Source: Candidatus Bathyarchaeia archaeon
GTDB lineage: Archaea > Thermoproteota > Bathyarchaeia > 40CM-2-53-6
Assembly (NCBI GenBank): GCA_049513715.1
Contig: JBEKVV010000002.1
Span: 256,001-320,000 of the forward strand
DNA: 64,000 nucleotides
Reading direction: 5' to 3'
This document shows positions 28,999 to 39,025 of the stretch, one piece after another. The stretch's first letter is position 1. Every line of letters begins with the position of its first letter. Position numbers and translations under genes: made by a program. The notes below the pieces were generated by a model. That model had not been told where the DNA came from. It did no database searches and worked only from the letters and a program-made list of their open reading frames with translations.

Positions 28999-29073
28999 CT
29001 TGTTTGCTAGTTAGTTGCTAGGGAAACCGAAAGAGATTAGAAAAACCTCGCGGTCCACCCTCCTGAAGGAACA

Positions 29074-29244
29074 TTGAACACAACGGAGACTGAAAATGCC
29101 AAAGCCAAGCCGGTATGCAACATAGCGCTATGTGGTAAAGAAGCGGAGTGGGAGGTTGAGCTCTTCGGCAAAGTCGAGCATTACTGCCAAAGGCATCGAC
29201 CGGCAGTTCCCGAGAAGTTCTTCACCAAGCTTAACCACGCATAG
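29074..29244 (+). CDS. Small (56 aa) Zn-finger protein
   Basis: MNTTETENAKAKPVCNIALCGKEAEWEVELFGKVEHYCQRHRPAVPEKFFTKLNHA; C-x4-C...C-x2-H; GAAGGA just upstream; shorter than any ORF in the track. Confidence 0.6.
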   Translation: MNTTETENAKAKPVCNIALCGKEAEWEVELFGKVEHYCQRHRPAVPEKFFTKLNHA

Positions 29245-29268
29245 CCCGGATGACAGAGACTCGGTGAA

Positions 29269-30423
29269 TTACAGTTTCTCGAGTAGTGTGTCAATCTCCC
29301 GTTTTGTGTTATAGAAATGCGGTGAAATTCTGAGGGTATTAACCCTCGGGGCGACGACTACGTTCTGTTCCTGTAACTTCTTAGCCACTCGCCCTGCATT
29401 TTCCACTTCAACAGTTACAATGCCACTTCGCCGTTCCTTTTGCGTTGGCGACGTAACCCGTTTACCCAGTCTCTTCAACCCATCAATCAAATGCTCTGTT
29501 AATTGTTCGATGATGGGTTCTCGTTCTTCAGGCGGATACTTGAGGGTGAACTCTAATGCCGCCTTCGCTCCTGCGACTGCTATCACGGCCCAGGTTCCCC
29601 ATTCGAATCGGGTCGCGTCATTCGCAACTTTGACGTCGGTCAGGTCAAATGGACGGCCAAAGGTATCCTGGTTTGATAGGGCTCTGGAAATAACTGAATC
29701 AGAAATCCCGTGCCAACCAACAATCGCGGGTTGAAGCTCATTCAAGACTTCATGCTTCACGTAGAGGAAAGCTGTTCCATGCGGCCCCATTAGCCATTTG
29801 TATGTCCCGCAAGTCAGGACATCAACGTCGAGTTTGTGAACGTCAACCGGAATGACTCCCAGTGCGTGGAAGGCGTCAACCAACATTAGTGCCCCATGCG
29901 CATGCGCGATCTTGGTGATGTTCCGTATGTCTTCACGACAGCCATTGATCCACGAAACGTAGTCCAGAGAAACGGCTACCGTGTTGTCGTCAATCGCCTT
30001 CTCGAAGTCGGAAAGCGGAACTTCACCATCACTCGCCTTCAATACTCTTACATCTGAGATTTGACCTCTGCGTTTCAACGAATGCCACATGTATACATTC
30101 GTGGGAAAATTCAGCTCACTCACAACAACATTGTTCCTAGGCTTGAGGTCCAGTGCGGTCGCGATTGCAGCCAATCCTGACGTAACGTTTGGAACGTTTG
30201 CAACCTCTTCAACCTTGGCGCCTATCAATTGGGCAAACCGCTCTCTCGCCTTTACGATTTCAAGCAGCCACGCATCCCACTTCTCACCGTAATCCCTCCA
30301 TTCGTCTAGGAAAGATTGCATGGCCTTGTGGACGACGATCGGTGGGGGCCCTGCCCCCGCGTTGTCCAAGTAGACGTTCTTCGAGAGTAGGGGGATTTGG
30401 TCTCTAACCTCGTCGAGGTTCAA
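29269..30423 (-). CDS. Class V PLP-dependent aminotransferase (cysteine desulfurase/lyase-like)
   Basis: YLDNAG, VDAFH, GTYKWLMGP, RFEWGT, LRISPHFYN. Confidence 0.92.
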   Translation of the reverse strand: MNLDEVRDQIPLLSKNVYLDNAGAGPPPIVVHKAMQSFLDEWRDYGEKWDAWLLEIVKARERFAQLIGAKVEEVANVPNVTSGLAAIATALDLKPRNNVVVSELNFPTNVYMWHSLKRRGQISDVRVLKASDGEVPLSDFEKAIDDNTVAVSLDYVSWINGCREDIRNITKIAHAHGALMLVDAFHALGVIPVDVHKLDVDVLTCGTYKWLMGPHGTAFLYVKHEVLNELQPAIVGWHGISDSVISRALSNQDTFGRPFDLTDVKVANDATRFEWGTWAVIAVAGAKAALEFTLKYPPEEREPIIEQLTEHLIDGLKRLGKRVTSPTQKERRSGIVTVEVENAGRVAKKLQEQNVVVAPRVNTLRISPHFYNTKREIDTLLEKL

Positions 30424-30521
30424 GTCTTACCCCGCCCTTGCTTGCGGGATAAGGTCCGTTATAGAGCTTACACCGGGCAGATTGCAAGGTGAGATTGGAA
30501 GAGAAAAAGTGGGGTTTGGGT

Positions 30522-31784
30522 CTACTGTGATGGAGGCGCGTTTGTGTCTTCGGTTGGTGGATTAGGCTTCTTTTTCGTTGGAATCACTCTTTTCTTCGTC
30601 GGTGCTGGTTGGTTTTGGGTTGCTGCTGGTGCGGGCGTGCTTTGTGGGATGGGCTTGAGGGTTGCTTGATTGTTGCGGTTCCTGCTGTTAAGTGCCACGT
30701 ATGCTATGATGCCGGCAGCAATCAGTACCGCTGCGATTATTCCTAAGGCAATCGTCCAGTCCCGAACGGTTGTGTCTGACCGCCACGAAGCGATGACGGT
30801 TTTCGGTTTGTCCATGGGTACGCTTGCAGATTGGCTGTTGGATTGAAGGTCGCCTTGCCATCCATTGAAGAGTATGCTGACTCCGTAGGTTGTGCTAACC
30901 GGGCTTGAAACGTAAATCTGGGCTGTTGTGCCCGCATCGTACCAACCTTCCCCGAACGGCGAGCCCTGATCTGTCATGACCTTCAAGTAGTATTGCTGCT
31001 TGTACTCCGCGGTTACCGCGTGCGGTGTGTCCATTTTGAGCATAAGGGAAGCGTCGGGCTGAGTTGTCTGGCCGTCCACGCTCCATCCTTGTAAGACGAG
31101 TCGGCTCCTATCGTTACCGCTCCCTATCATCTGACCTCCGGATGTTACCGTAACCGTGTCGCCCGCGTTATACCAGCCTGTACCCTGCGGGAGCGGAGCA
31201 CTTTGGGGTTGCACACCCACATCTAGTTTGAACTGTTGTTGGTATGCGGCGGTGATCTTCTTCGCGCCGTTCATCGTTATGGTGCCGCTGTCTCCTACGC
31301 CGGAAAAGTCGCCGGTCCAGTGTGAGAACACGTAGCGAACGTTCGAGGAGACTTGGATTGTGTCTCGCGTAACCGAGAATGGGGCTGACGTGCCCTGAGT
31401 GTATGTTCCTCCTCCACTGACTGTTCCAAGGCTTGCTGGGTCAGTGGTGACTGTCAGTTGATAGTTGGAGGGTGTTGAGTAGTAATTGGTATTGTAGTTG
31501 TAATTGTACGGGTATCCGTAGTAATTTGAGTTGTAGTAGGGATAGTAGTACCCGGAGGAGTAGCCGTAATATCCATAATTGCAGTAGTAAGGCCCGTAGT
31601 AGTCGTAATAGTAGTAAGGGTAGCCGTACCAGTAGTATGAGGAGTCGTAGTAGGCCATTGAGCATCCATACTGGGGAGAGGACGTTGTCGCGGCTGCCTG
31701 AGCAGGTTGCATTGAGAAGAAAACGAAACCGGCGCTTAGAGCAAGTACTATTATCGCTAACTTAGGAAGGTAATTTGTATTCAA
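30522..31784 (-). CDS. Tyr-rich surface protein with InlB-B-like repeats and TM anchor
   Basis: Signal peptide, about 60-aa Tyr-dominated tract, three QY/FxLxV...GxGWY-type repeats, TM, Pro/Lys tail; likely TTG start 31784. Confidence 0.85.
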   Translation of the reverse strand: MNTNYLPKLAIIVLALSAGFVFFSMQPAQAAATTSSPQYGCSMAYYDSSYYWYGYPYYYYDYYGPYYCNYGYYGYSSGYYYPYYNSNYYGYPYNYNYNTNYYSTPSNYQLTVTTDPASLGTVSGGGTYTQGTSAPFSVTRDTIQVSSNVRYVFSHWTGDFSGVGDSGTITMNGAKKITAAYQQQFKLDVGVQPQSAPLPQGTGWYNAGDTVTVTSGGQMIGSGNDRSRLVLQGWSVDGQTTQPDASLMLKMDTPHAVTAEYKQQYYLKVMTDQGSPFGEGWYDAGTTAQIYVSSPVSTTYGVSILFNGWQGDLQSNSQSASVPMDKPKTVIASWRSDTTVRDWTIALGIIAAVLIAAGIIAYVALNSRNRNNQATLKPIPQSTPAPAATQNQPAPTKKRVIPTKKKPNPPTEDTNAPPSQ

Positions 31785-31920
31785 GCGTATCTGGTATCTA
31801 TGGGAATTTCTCCATATTTTTGGCTTTCTGCCAGCCAACGCGCAAATTGTTTGTGTTCGACGCGTGTCTCGATTCCCTTTAAGTAGGCCTTGGTCCCACA
31901 CCTAGAAGCCGTGGGTTTGT

Positions 31921-32151
31921 ATGGTAGTGAAAGCCTACGTTCTCGTTCAAGCGCAGCTGGGCAAGTCCCGGTCAGTTGCCAAAACAATAGCGAAAGCTCG
32001 AGGCGTCAAAATGGTGCATGCCGTCACAGGCGTGTACGATGTGATCGCGTACTTAGAACTCCATGACATGACATCTCTGTCTGAATTTGTCATGAAGAAA
32101 GTACAGGCTGTGAAAGGTGTGGAAAGAACTCACACCGCGATTGTTGTGTGA
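31921..32151 (+). CDS. Stand-alone Lrp/AsnC ligand-binding (RAM) domain
   Basis: AYVLV...VTGVYDVIA...GVERTHT; no HTH. Confidence 0.9.
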   Translation: MVVKAYVLVQAQLGKSRSVAKTIAKARGVKMVHAVTGVYDVIAYLELHDMTSLSEFVMKKVQAVKGVERTHTAIVV

Positions 32152-32188
32152 AGAAACCCCAACCCGCCCTGAACCTTGGGGCAGTTCT

Positions 32189-32974
32189 TTAGCCCCTCGT
32201 TTCCCAATGGCCGTGAAGGTTCCAATCATCTCTTAGATATTTCTCAGCGAGTAGTTTTGTCATTCCGCGTGTTTCGCCCCCTGTCAATTGTCCATCTTGA
32301 AGCTTGAATTGCAGTTGTCGCTCACATGTACTGGTGAGTTCGCGTTTCACAGCAGCCAATTCGACCAGTCTGCCGGTAGCTTCCTGTAGCGTGGTTACCT
32401 GTTGCCATTTGCTGCGGATGAAGTCGGTAGTGTTGGTTGTCCTGCTTGGTGAGAGAGCCTGAATCAGCGTCTGGGTGTCGGTCGAAATCAAGATCGAAGC
32501 GTGCCAAAGGACATTTTGTTTGCCCACCCAAGCTGCTCCTCCTGCAATCTTCTTGCCCAGAACCTGAATCGTATTTGGAGGAGCGAAACTTCCTTGAATG
32601 CCGAAGTTCTTGAGTGCACGCAAGATTATTGTGGTGTAGCCACGGTGTAATTCGGTGAGGGAGCTGCTCTTTGGCCTTGGGGCAGCAATCGTTAGATTTA
32701 GGTTCCCTGGGTCATGGAAAACTGCGCCGCCGCCGGTAAAGCGCCTAGCGATCCTGATACCTCGACTCTCGCAGAATGCAACATCCACCTCATCCGTTGG
32801 GTTCTGGAATCGGCCCACGATCACAGCGGGGGGATTTTCCCAAAGTCTGACAGTTGTACTTGGTGAAGACAAGTCACCTGTCGCCAGCGCCTCTTCGAGC
32901 GCGAGGTTCTGGAAGGCGCTTGGATAGCTTAAGTTGAGAATGCGCCCAGTGACTGGTGGAAGCCGATGCATCAC
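32189..32974 (-). CDS. Lipoate-protein ligase A family
   Basis: NLALEEAL, RRFTGGGAVFHD, KKIAG, WHAS. Confidence 0.9.
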   Translation of the reverse strand: MMHRLPPVTGRILNLSYPSAFQNLALEEALATGDLSSPSTTVRLWENPPAVIVGRFQNPTDEVDVAFCESRGIRIARRFTGGGAVFHDPGNLNLTIAAPRPKSSSLTELHRGYTTIILRALKNFGIQGSFAPPNTIQVLGKKIAGGAAWVGKQNVLWHASILISTDTQTLIQALSPSRTTNTTDFIRSKWQQVTTLQEATGRLVELAAVKRELTSTCERQLQFKLQDGQLTGGETRGMTKLLAEKYLRDDWNLHGHWETRG

Positions 32975-33738
32975 CAAGGACGACATCTGCTGAGTATTCT
33001 CTTGGGTAAGAAGGGCTTCAACTCTCGCCTCCTAAGGAGCGACCCTAACTTTGGGATGAGGCCTACGGCATCAGTACCAAGTTTGCAAAGAAGTGAGTGA
33101 ACTGTCAGCGTCATCGATTCTAGGGCGATGATATCTCTTTCCAACCGGGCTCTTGTTAAAGCAGATTCGACACCCTGCCTTGAGCAGGCGTACACCTGAA
33201 TGCGGTCCAATCCAGTTCTAACCCAATCCGAGAACAGATCAATCTGAGGATCCCCCAACCATCCTTCTGCAACCAATTCATGTCGATCCAACTTCGTTAT
33301 CCTGACCGTAGTCCTACTTTGGGGAAACAAGCAGTAATGTTCTAGGATTTCTCTAGCAGGGAGCGGCCTCCCATCAGCCAACTGGGCCTGTAGAGTTCTG
33401 GGTTTGACCCTTACTTTCAGGGCTGCGGGCGCCTCCACACCGAGGTCAACTTCCAAGTTCCCACCCGTTATGTCGCTGATGGTTGCAGGGTAGGTTTCGT
33501 TGAGGTCGACAGTACTCAGCTCAGTTTGGGCAAGCCCCAGTTCTCTTGAGATAAGTTCCAGGAAAATCTCCATGTCCGGTCCATCCACCTCGAGCTTTGC
33601 CCAACCTCCCCGGGTGAACCCCTCCAGATGCGTGGAAGCGGTGAGTGAGCCTTTGAGGGCTGAGAGCGCAGTCTGAAGGCATATGTTGAAGTCTTCTACC
33701 TTGAGCTCTCCCGGCCTTTGGAGGAGTGTGATTTTCAT
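32971..33738 (-). CDS. DUF2110-family protein
   Basis: Follows tfe as in the conserved archaeal cluster; CKLGTDAVGLIPKLG C-terminus. Confidence 0.75.
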   Translation of the reverse strand: MKITLLQRPGELKVEDFNICLQTALSALKGSLTASTHLEGFTRGGWAKLEVDGPDMEIFLELISRELGLAQTELSTVDLNETYPATISDITGGNLEVDLGVEAPAALKVRVKPRTLQAQLADGRPLPAREILEHYCLFPQSRTTVRITKLDRHELVAEGWLGDPQIDLFSDWVRTGLDRIQVYACSRQGVESALTRARLERDIIALESMTLTVHSLLCKLGTDAVGLIPKLGSLLRRRELKPFLPKRILSRCRPW

Positions 33739-33753
33739 TTTGCTCAGTATTTC

Positions 33754-34260
33754 TTATCTGCTGAGTTCTGCCTCGAGTTTCTCTATCTTTCCTTCAAGGA
33801 CCGTAACAACCTCTGCGTTTTCAGAACTCTCAAGCTGGTTACTGCATTTCGCGCATGCGAACGAACTCTCCATTGCTTCCTCGAAGGTCACACGAACGTC
33901 AGTGTCCGTCTTGCAAATGAAGAAAGTGTGCTTTCGTTCGTAATCTAGGCGTTGTTTCAATTTGTCGAGCGCTCTTTTCTTGCGGCTTCTAATGAATGCG
34001 TCAAGCTGGTCCGGTTGAAGTCTCCAGTAGAAAATGAACCATCCAGTCTTCTCGTCTCTGACACGGGTGCAAGAGACGAGGCCGTGATCATAGAGCTTGT
34101 AGAGAACTTTTCTGACCGTGTTCAGTCTGACTTGGCAGTCGTTTGAGACTGTTTCGTCAGTTCCTTCGCCTAGTTTCTTCAGGCTTTTGACAACTGTGAC
34201 AGCTTCGTCTCCTCCGAAGAGGTTTGCGACTTTGATAAGTTCCTCATCCAGTACTGACAA
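33754..34260 (-). CDS. tfe: Transcription factor E (TFE alpha)
   Basis: TDE..S...LNTVRKVLYKL winged helix, TGWFIFYW, zinc ribbon. Confidence 0.95.
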   Translation of the reverse strand: MSVLDEELIKVANLFGGDEAVTVVKSLKKLGEGTDETVSNDCQVRLNTVRKVLYKLYDHGLVSCTRVRDEKTGWFIFYWRLQPDQLDAFIRSRKKRALDKLKQRLDYERKHTFFICKTDTDVRVTFEEAMESSFACAKCSNQLESSENAEVVTVLEGKIEKLEAELSR

Positions 34261-34404
34261 ACTCTATTCCCTCGAAAAGGTTACGGAGTCCCTTACGTGC
34301 TACATTCAATTAATTCTTCTTGTTAAACAGATTCGCTGGTCGTTCGGGGCAGGTAACTCTTTTATACGATTCAGCTTCGTGTAAGCGTTCGCGGGTCTAG
34401 GAAA

Positions 34405-34593
34405 ATGAAGGAAACACTTGCCACTTTGGGATTTATCTTGTTCTTTGCCGGCTCGATGCTTGACATCGCAGGTTCCACGTTTGTAACCCAAGGTGGGACC
34501 CCAGCCGCAGTTTACTTTAAAGTAGGTATCATGGAGTTACTGGGCTCAGCAATCTTTCTCGTCGGGATTTATCTGATAATCAAAACCCGTTAA
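34405..34593 (+). CDS. Small 2-TM membrane protein
   Basis: Two hydrophobic helices; upstream of trm56. Confidence 0.6.
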   Translation: MKETLATLGFILFFAGSMLDIAGSTFVTQGGTPAAVYFKVGIMELLGSAIFLVGIYLIIKTR

Positions 34594-34603
34594 GCCGGTC
34601 TTT

Positions 34604-35158
34604 ATGGCGAGCATAAACCGACGCCCCAACTGCAATGTGACGGTGTTACGGCTCGGGCACAGGATCCCCCGTGACACCCGGGTTACCACACACGTTTGTC
34701 TGACCGCTCGAGCGCTTGGTGCAAACGGAATCCTCGTCTCCGATACGCACGACAAACAACTTGAGGAGACTGTGAATCGGGTTACCGCAGAGTTCGGTGG
34801 GAAGTTCACAATAGAGACTGGAAGACCATGGCGGTCAATTGTTCATGAATGGAAGCGGATTGGCGGCATGGTCATTCATTTGTCTGCATACGGCTTACCT
34901 CTCCCCAAAGTAATTGATCAAATAAGACAGTCCAAGGTCGACAAATTGGTCGTCGTAGGTGCTGAGAAGGTTCCTGGTGAGATGTTTCGATTAGCTGACT
35001 GGAATGTTTCCATTACAAATCAACCGATCAGCGAGGTGAGTGCTTTAGGAGTATTTCTGGACTGGTTCTTCAAACACAGCCTGCTAGAGGATGATTTCTC
35101 AAATGGGAAGCTGCGAATTGTTCCGAGAGCGCATGGCAAGAAAGTTGAAGGGCTCTAG
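34604..35158 (+). CDS. trm56: tRNA (cytidine56-2'-O)-methyltransferase
   Basis: LRLGHR..RD.RVTTHVCLTARALGA, VGAEKVP, NQP.SEV. Confidence 0.95.
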   Translation: MASINRRPNCNVTVLRLGHRIPRDTRVTTHVCLTARALGANGILVSDTHDKQLEETVNRVTAEFGGKFTIETGRPWRSIVHEWKRIGGMVIHLSAYGLPLPKVIDQIRQSKVDKLVVVGAEKVPGEMFRLADWNVSITNQPISEVSALGVFLDWFFKHSLLEDDFSNGKLRIVPRAHGKKVEGL

Positions 35159-35664
35159 AATTCTGGTTTTGTCTTCCCTTTGATTCGTATGATGTCTCCC
35201 AGGGTGACTTCAGAAGGTGCAGCAGACTTGGGAACGTCATCGGCCTCTCTCCTCGGTACGAGGAGCTTCACTTTCAGTTCGTGTTCCAGCGCTCTGCATA
35301 ACCTAGAGTTGGGAGCCACCTTACCTATCTCAATCTTCTGAATTACGGACAGTTTCTCCTTTACCCTTTTAGCCAAATCCTCCTGGGATAGCCCCAACCC
35401 CATTCGATGCTTTCGAACTAACTCAGAAAAGTTCTCAGCAACATCAAGCTCATTCATCTCCTTAGGAAGGTCCGCCAATCTTCTCGGACTCACTCTGGGT
35501 TGGATGTTCAGCCTAAGGGGGCCTGTCAGTCGCGGCTGTTGGGGCTCTTCTTGGTAGGGTTTGCCCAGTCCCTGGCATTTACTACAGACCAGCATCTTCG
35601 CCCCTTCGACCATCACACGAAATGCTTGATCGACGATTTGTCGCCCACATATGTCACAATTCAA
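35155..35664 (-). CDS. Archaeal multiprotein bridging factor aMBF1
   Basis: CDICG...VEGA...CSKC, HTH, TLGD. Confidence 0.93.
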   Translation of the reverse strand: MNCDICGRQIVDQAFRVMVEGAKMLVCSKCQGLGKPYQEEPQQPRLTGPLRLNIQPRVSPRRLADLPKEMNELDVAENFSELVRKHRMGLGLSQEDLAKRVKEKLSVIQKIEIGKVAPNSRLCRALEHELKVKLLVPRREADDVPKSAAPSEVTLGDIIRIKGKTKPEF

Positions 35665-35707
35665 ATGAAGAGGCTCCCACGGGTTCAGCGGCAGCTGGAA
35701 CCTTAAA

Positions 35708-36256
35708 TTGGTTTCTCGCGAATACTGCCTTCAGGTCGCCTTGGACCACCCTACAAAGCAGCAATTCCGTAAACTGATAGGAATCGCGAACTACCAATTC
35801 GGAAAAGGCGCCGGGGCCGCCCTATTTGACAAGGGCATTAAAATCGCATGCTCACAACGCACGGGTAGGATTAGATACATCTACAGGAAAAGCAAGTTGA
35901 TCGCCACGTTGAGACCAAAAGACGGCTCCTTTGCGCTAACCGTGAGTGGCGCCCAAATCCTGCTCACCAAAATGAAATTCTTTGCTAATCTTGTGATTGC
36001 TCAGGATGACGTTGCCGAATTCATAAGAGTCGGGGGAGATGTTTTCGCGAAACACGTCGTACGCGCAACAAAGAGCCTGAGGCCAGGAGAAGAAGCCATT
36101 GTAACCGGCGAAGATGGGCATCTCATGGGCGTAGGAAGAACATTGCTCAGCGGATATGACATAAAGCACTTCAAGCGAGGCGTAGCGGTCAAAGTCCGTA
36201 AAGGCATTGAAGAGTCGACCGTGCGCGAAGAGAGTGCTTCCACAGATGGCCTTTAG
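35708..36256 (+). CDS. PUA-domain protein (archaeosine TGT C-terminal-like)
   Basis: YQFG.GAG, TGRIR, TLRP.DG, VFAKHV, GVAVKVR. Confidence 0.85.
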   Translation: MVSREYCLQVALDHPTKQQFRKLIGIANYQFGKGAGAALFDKGIKIACSQRTGRIRYIYRKSKLIATLRPKDGSFALTVSGAQILLTKMKFFANLVIAQDDVAEFIRVGGDVFAKHVVRATKSLRPGEEAIVTGEDGHLMGVGRTLLSGYDIKHFKRGVAVKVRKGIEESTVREESASTDGL

Positions 36257-38696
36257 CTCGCAAAACGGAAACCAATGCCACACTGATTATTGCGACCAAC
36301 ACCAATACTATTTCTATGTTTATTTGCGGCAATGTCGGGAATTCTGTCACCCATTCCGCCGTGACCTGTTTGGGTGAATCCATTCTGAGTTCAGCGATTG
36401 GCGATTCTGAATTCGCAGAGCCGGACCAACCTCCGAACCGATGGCCCGAAACCTCAGTAGGGTCAACGCTGACGGTCGCAGTGGAATTCGCATCATACCA
36501 CCCACCCCCCGCGGCAACACCATACTGCGAATTGACCACGAGAAGGTACTGCAATCTGTACTGGAATACTCTGCTACCGCCTGAAGAGACTTGCCAGGGG
36601 GTCCCGTTCACAACGTAACGGGCTCCATCTCTAACCTGTATGACTGTTGAGAGTTCTATGGTGTGCGTCCCATCGCGCTTCAGTTCAAGGATTAACACAT
36701 GCGTCGCATTGAGTGGGACAGGTGCAACATTGTGGCCATCAAGGGTTATGATAGTCTGCGCGTTTCCAATCGTTGGTAACAGTTCAACCTTAACTGAATA
36801 GAGCTTGGGCGCGTCCAAAATTGAGGTCAATGCGTTGACCTTTCCCCAACCCCAAAGCGGAGAACCAGCTTCGCCTATGATCCCGGTGAATGTGTCCCGC
36901 GTGGCGTCGTGAGTCAGGATGTTTTTGATCTCATTGGGGCTCAGATAGGGGTTAACTTGCAGCATTAAGGCGATAACGCCGGTCACATTTGCGGCAGCGA
37001 AACTGGTACCGCGCCAGATCTGGTGGTAGTCATCGGGGTCGCACGCCACACGAGCATTGTTGAACTGGCACATATTGACGGGGGATGTGTTTGCTCTTGC
37101 AGCAATAATGTTCGCGCCGGGTGCCGTTAGTTCTGGTTTCATTCTGCCATCTCGCGTCGGACCAGCTCCACTTCCGGCTTCGAGATCACCGAGAGCTGGT
37201 GCTGGGAGTTCGCCCCAGCGCTGCCCCTTGACACACTTGCTACAGTATGAATACCAGAGTACTCGGCTCAGGTAGCTGCCGACTGTGATGACCCCAGTTG
37301 CCGTTCCAGGGTGGTCGATCGTATCTGATGGATCGATAAGGTATCGCCCAGAAATTGAGTCTTCATTGTTGACATACTGCCCCGGTTCAGTCCAAGCATT
37401 CCATTTGCCGTTTGCTACGATAGCGCCTGTTAAGGTGAACATCCAAGGGCTTTGTTGTAATGTTCTCCCATATGCAGCGGTTATTTGGATCCACCATTCC
37501 CTGCCAGTAGAGCGTTCTCCTGATTGAATTGCGATATTTCCGTCAGGAGTATCAATCCCAGCATCGAGAGTAGGACCTGATATCGTCTCTCCGCTCGGTG
37601 TTTTTACAGAAATCGAAAGAGTATCTGAAACTGAGTACCATATGTCGGTCGTGCTAATTGTTGTTTCTGGATCAAGGATCCAACTCACCGAAACAGCTTG
37701 TTCGGGCGAAAGCCGTCCGCTGACGTGTAGGTCTGCATTACGAGAGTTCCCCGCCGCGACAACTATTGGTACGCCTTCAGCTGCAAAATCCGTCATTGCA
37801 AGTTCGAGTGGCTCCGTACCGTCATGTGACCCAAGAGAGTCGCCATAGCTAAAGTCAATGACCAGGGGGAGACCAAGTTCGCGTGCTTTACCAATTAGAT
37901 AGCTAAATGCGTCAATCTCAAAGTCTTCGGTTCCTTGTTTCAGTTTCACGGCTATTAGGGATGCACCTGGCGCGACGCCAAGATAGTTTCCAGGAGCTTG
38001 ACCCGTGCTCGCGGCCACTGCGGCAACAGCGGTGCCATGCCCTAAAGAACTGTCGACTTCGCTGCAAGTCTTCATCTGAATGTCTGTTGGACCACACTCA
38101 TTGCCGTACCCGAAACCTACTGGATGTATTCCGTCAGAAGATTGGTCCCAAATGTAGATTATTTTGTTGGTTCCGTTCCCGAAATAGAAGTCCTTATGCG
38201 CGTAGTCAATGCCTGTGTCTGCTATTCCAATTATTACATCTGAACCATTGATGGCGTTTCCATGTAAATCTTCTGCAGCACTCCGGAATCGGTTCAACAA
38301 AGATTCAGTGACCTTCAATTCCGCCTGAGGCTTCAATTGCTTCGGTGAGGATATGCGAGCTACGAAGCTAACTCTTGCAAGCTGTTGCAGTGAAGACGGG
38401 GATACTTCCATCGTTGCAACATGGCCCGTGAAGGTTCGGATTCGCCCAATTGAATCGATAATCTGTAGGCCCGCCTGATTCGGTATTTCGGAGAAGACCA
38501 CAATGACGCTCACGGGTTCTTGGATCCCTTGAACATTTCCAGCGAGGAATGTTCGCAGGGTTGGGTCGGACTTAGAACGCAACAGCATCACACCGTCAGG
38601 GAGGGACGATGCTCCAGCGCTTTGGGTTGAAAACAGAACGATTAGCGCTAGAAGAATGGCGAGAAGAAGCTTCTCATGGTTGTGCTTCAGATACAA
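36189..38696 (-). CDS. Subtilisin-like S8 protease, secreted and membrane-anchored
   Basis: Catalytic triad DTGID / GHGTAVA / GTSFAA, AAGN, C-terminal InlB-like repeat and TM. Confidence 0.93.
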   Translation of the reverse strand: MYLKHNHEKLLLAILLALIVLFSTQSAGASSLPDGVMLLRSKSDPTLRTFLAGNVQGIQEPVSVIVVFSEIPNQAGLQIIDSIGRIRTFTGHVATMEVSPSSLQQLARVSFVARISSPKQLKPQAELKVTESLLNRFRSAAEDLHGNAINGSDVIIGIADTGIDYAHKDFYFGNGTNKIIYIWDQSSDGIHPVGFGYGNECGPTDIQMKTCSEVDSSLGHGTAVAAVAASTGQAPGNYLGVAPGASLIAVKLKQGTEDFEIDAFSYLIGKARELGLPLVIDFSYGDSLGSHDGTEPLELAMTDFAAEGVPIVVAAGNSRNADLHVSGRLSPEQAVSVSWILDPETTISTTDIWYSVSDTLSISVKTPSGETISGPTLDAGIDTPDGNIAIQSGERSTGREWWIQITAAYGRTLQQSPWMFTLTGAIVANGKWNAWTEPGQYVNNEDSISGRYLIDPSDTIDHPGTATGVITVGSYLSRVLWYSYCSKCVKGQRWGELPAPALGDLEAGSGAGPTRDGRMKPELTAPGANIIAARANTSPVNMCQFNNARVACDPDDYHQIWRGTSFAAANVTGVIALMLQVNPYLSPNEIKNILTHDATRDTFTGIIGEAGSPLWGWGKVNALTSILDAPKLYSVKVELLPTIGNAQTIITLDGHNVAPVPLNATHVLILELKRDGTHTIELSTVIQVRDGARYVVNGTPWQVSSGGSRVFQYRLQYLLVVNSQYGVAAGGGWYDANSTATVSVDPTEVSGHRFGGWSGSANSESPIAELRMDSPKQVTAEWVTEFPTLPQINIEIVLVLVAIISVALVSVLRAKGHLWKHSLRARSTLQCLYGL

Positions 38697-39025
38697 GCCG
38701 TCATAGCAGCCTTCTTGAATTAGATAGGTGATTGTATAAGTGAAAACCGCAAGCGTTTCACGAATTTTGAGAGGCTACGGTTTAGGGTGTATATAAGTCT
38801 CTGCACCGTAGTTTTTGGTTGGCTGCGATTTGAGAGGAGCTATAGCGAGAGAAGGTTCCAATGATTCGCGAGGATCGCCCCTTGTCGGCTAATATCGAGA
38901 CAGTTGCGACTATTCTCTGATGGTGGTCTGGTCGAGGCGATTGAGGCTGCTGTCGGGCCTCTTGCGTAGCCTCTCCGAAATTTTTATCGGGTTGCGGTAC
39001 CTGAAGCTTCGGCTGTTGATTTAGA

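Noticed and set aside
31441..31669. Leu-rich and Thr-rich ORFs / DNA microsatellite
   Set aside because: These are alternative frames of the TAC-rich Tyr tract.
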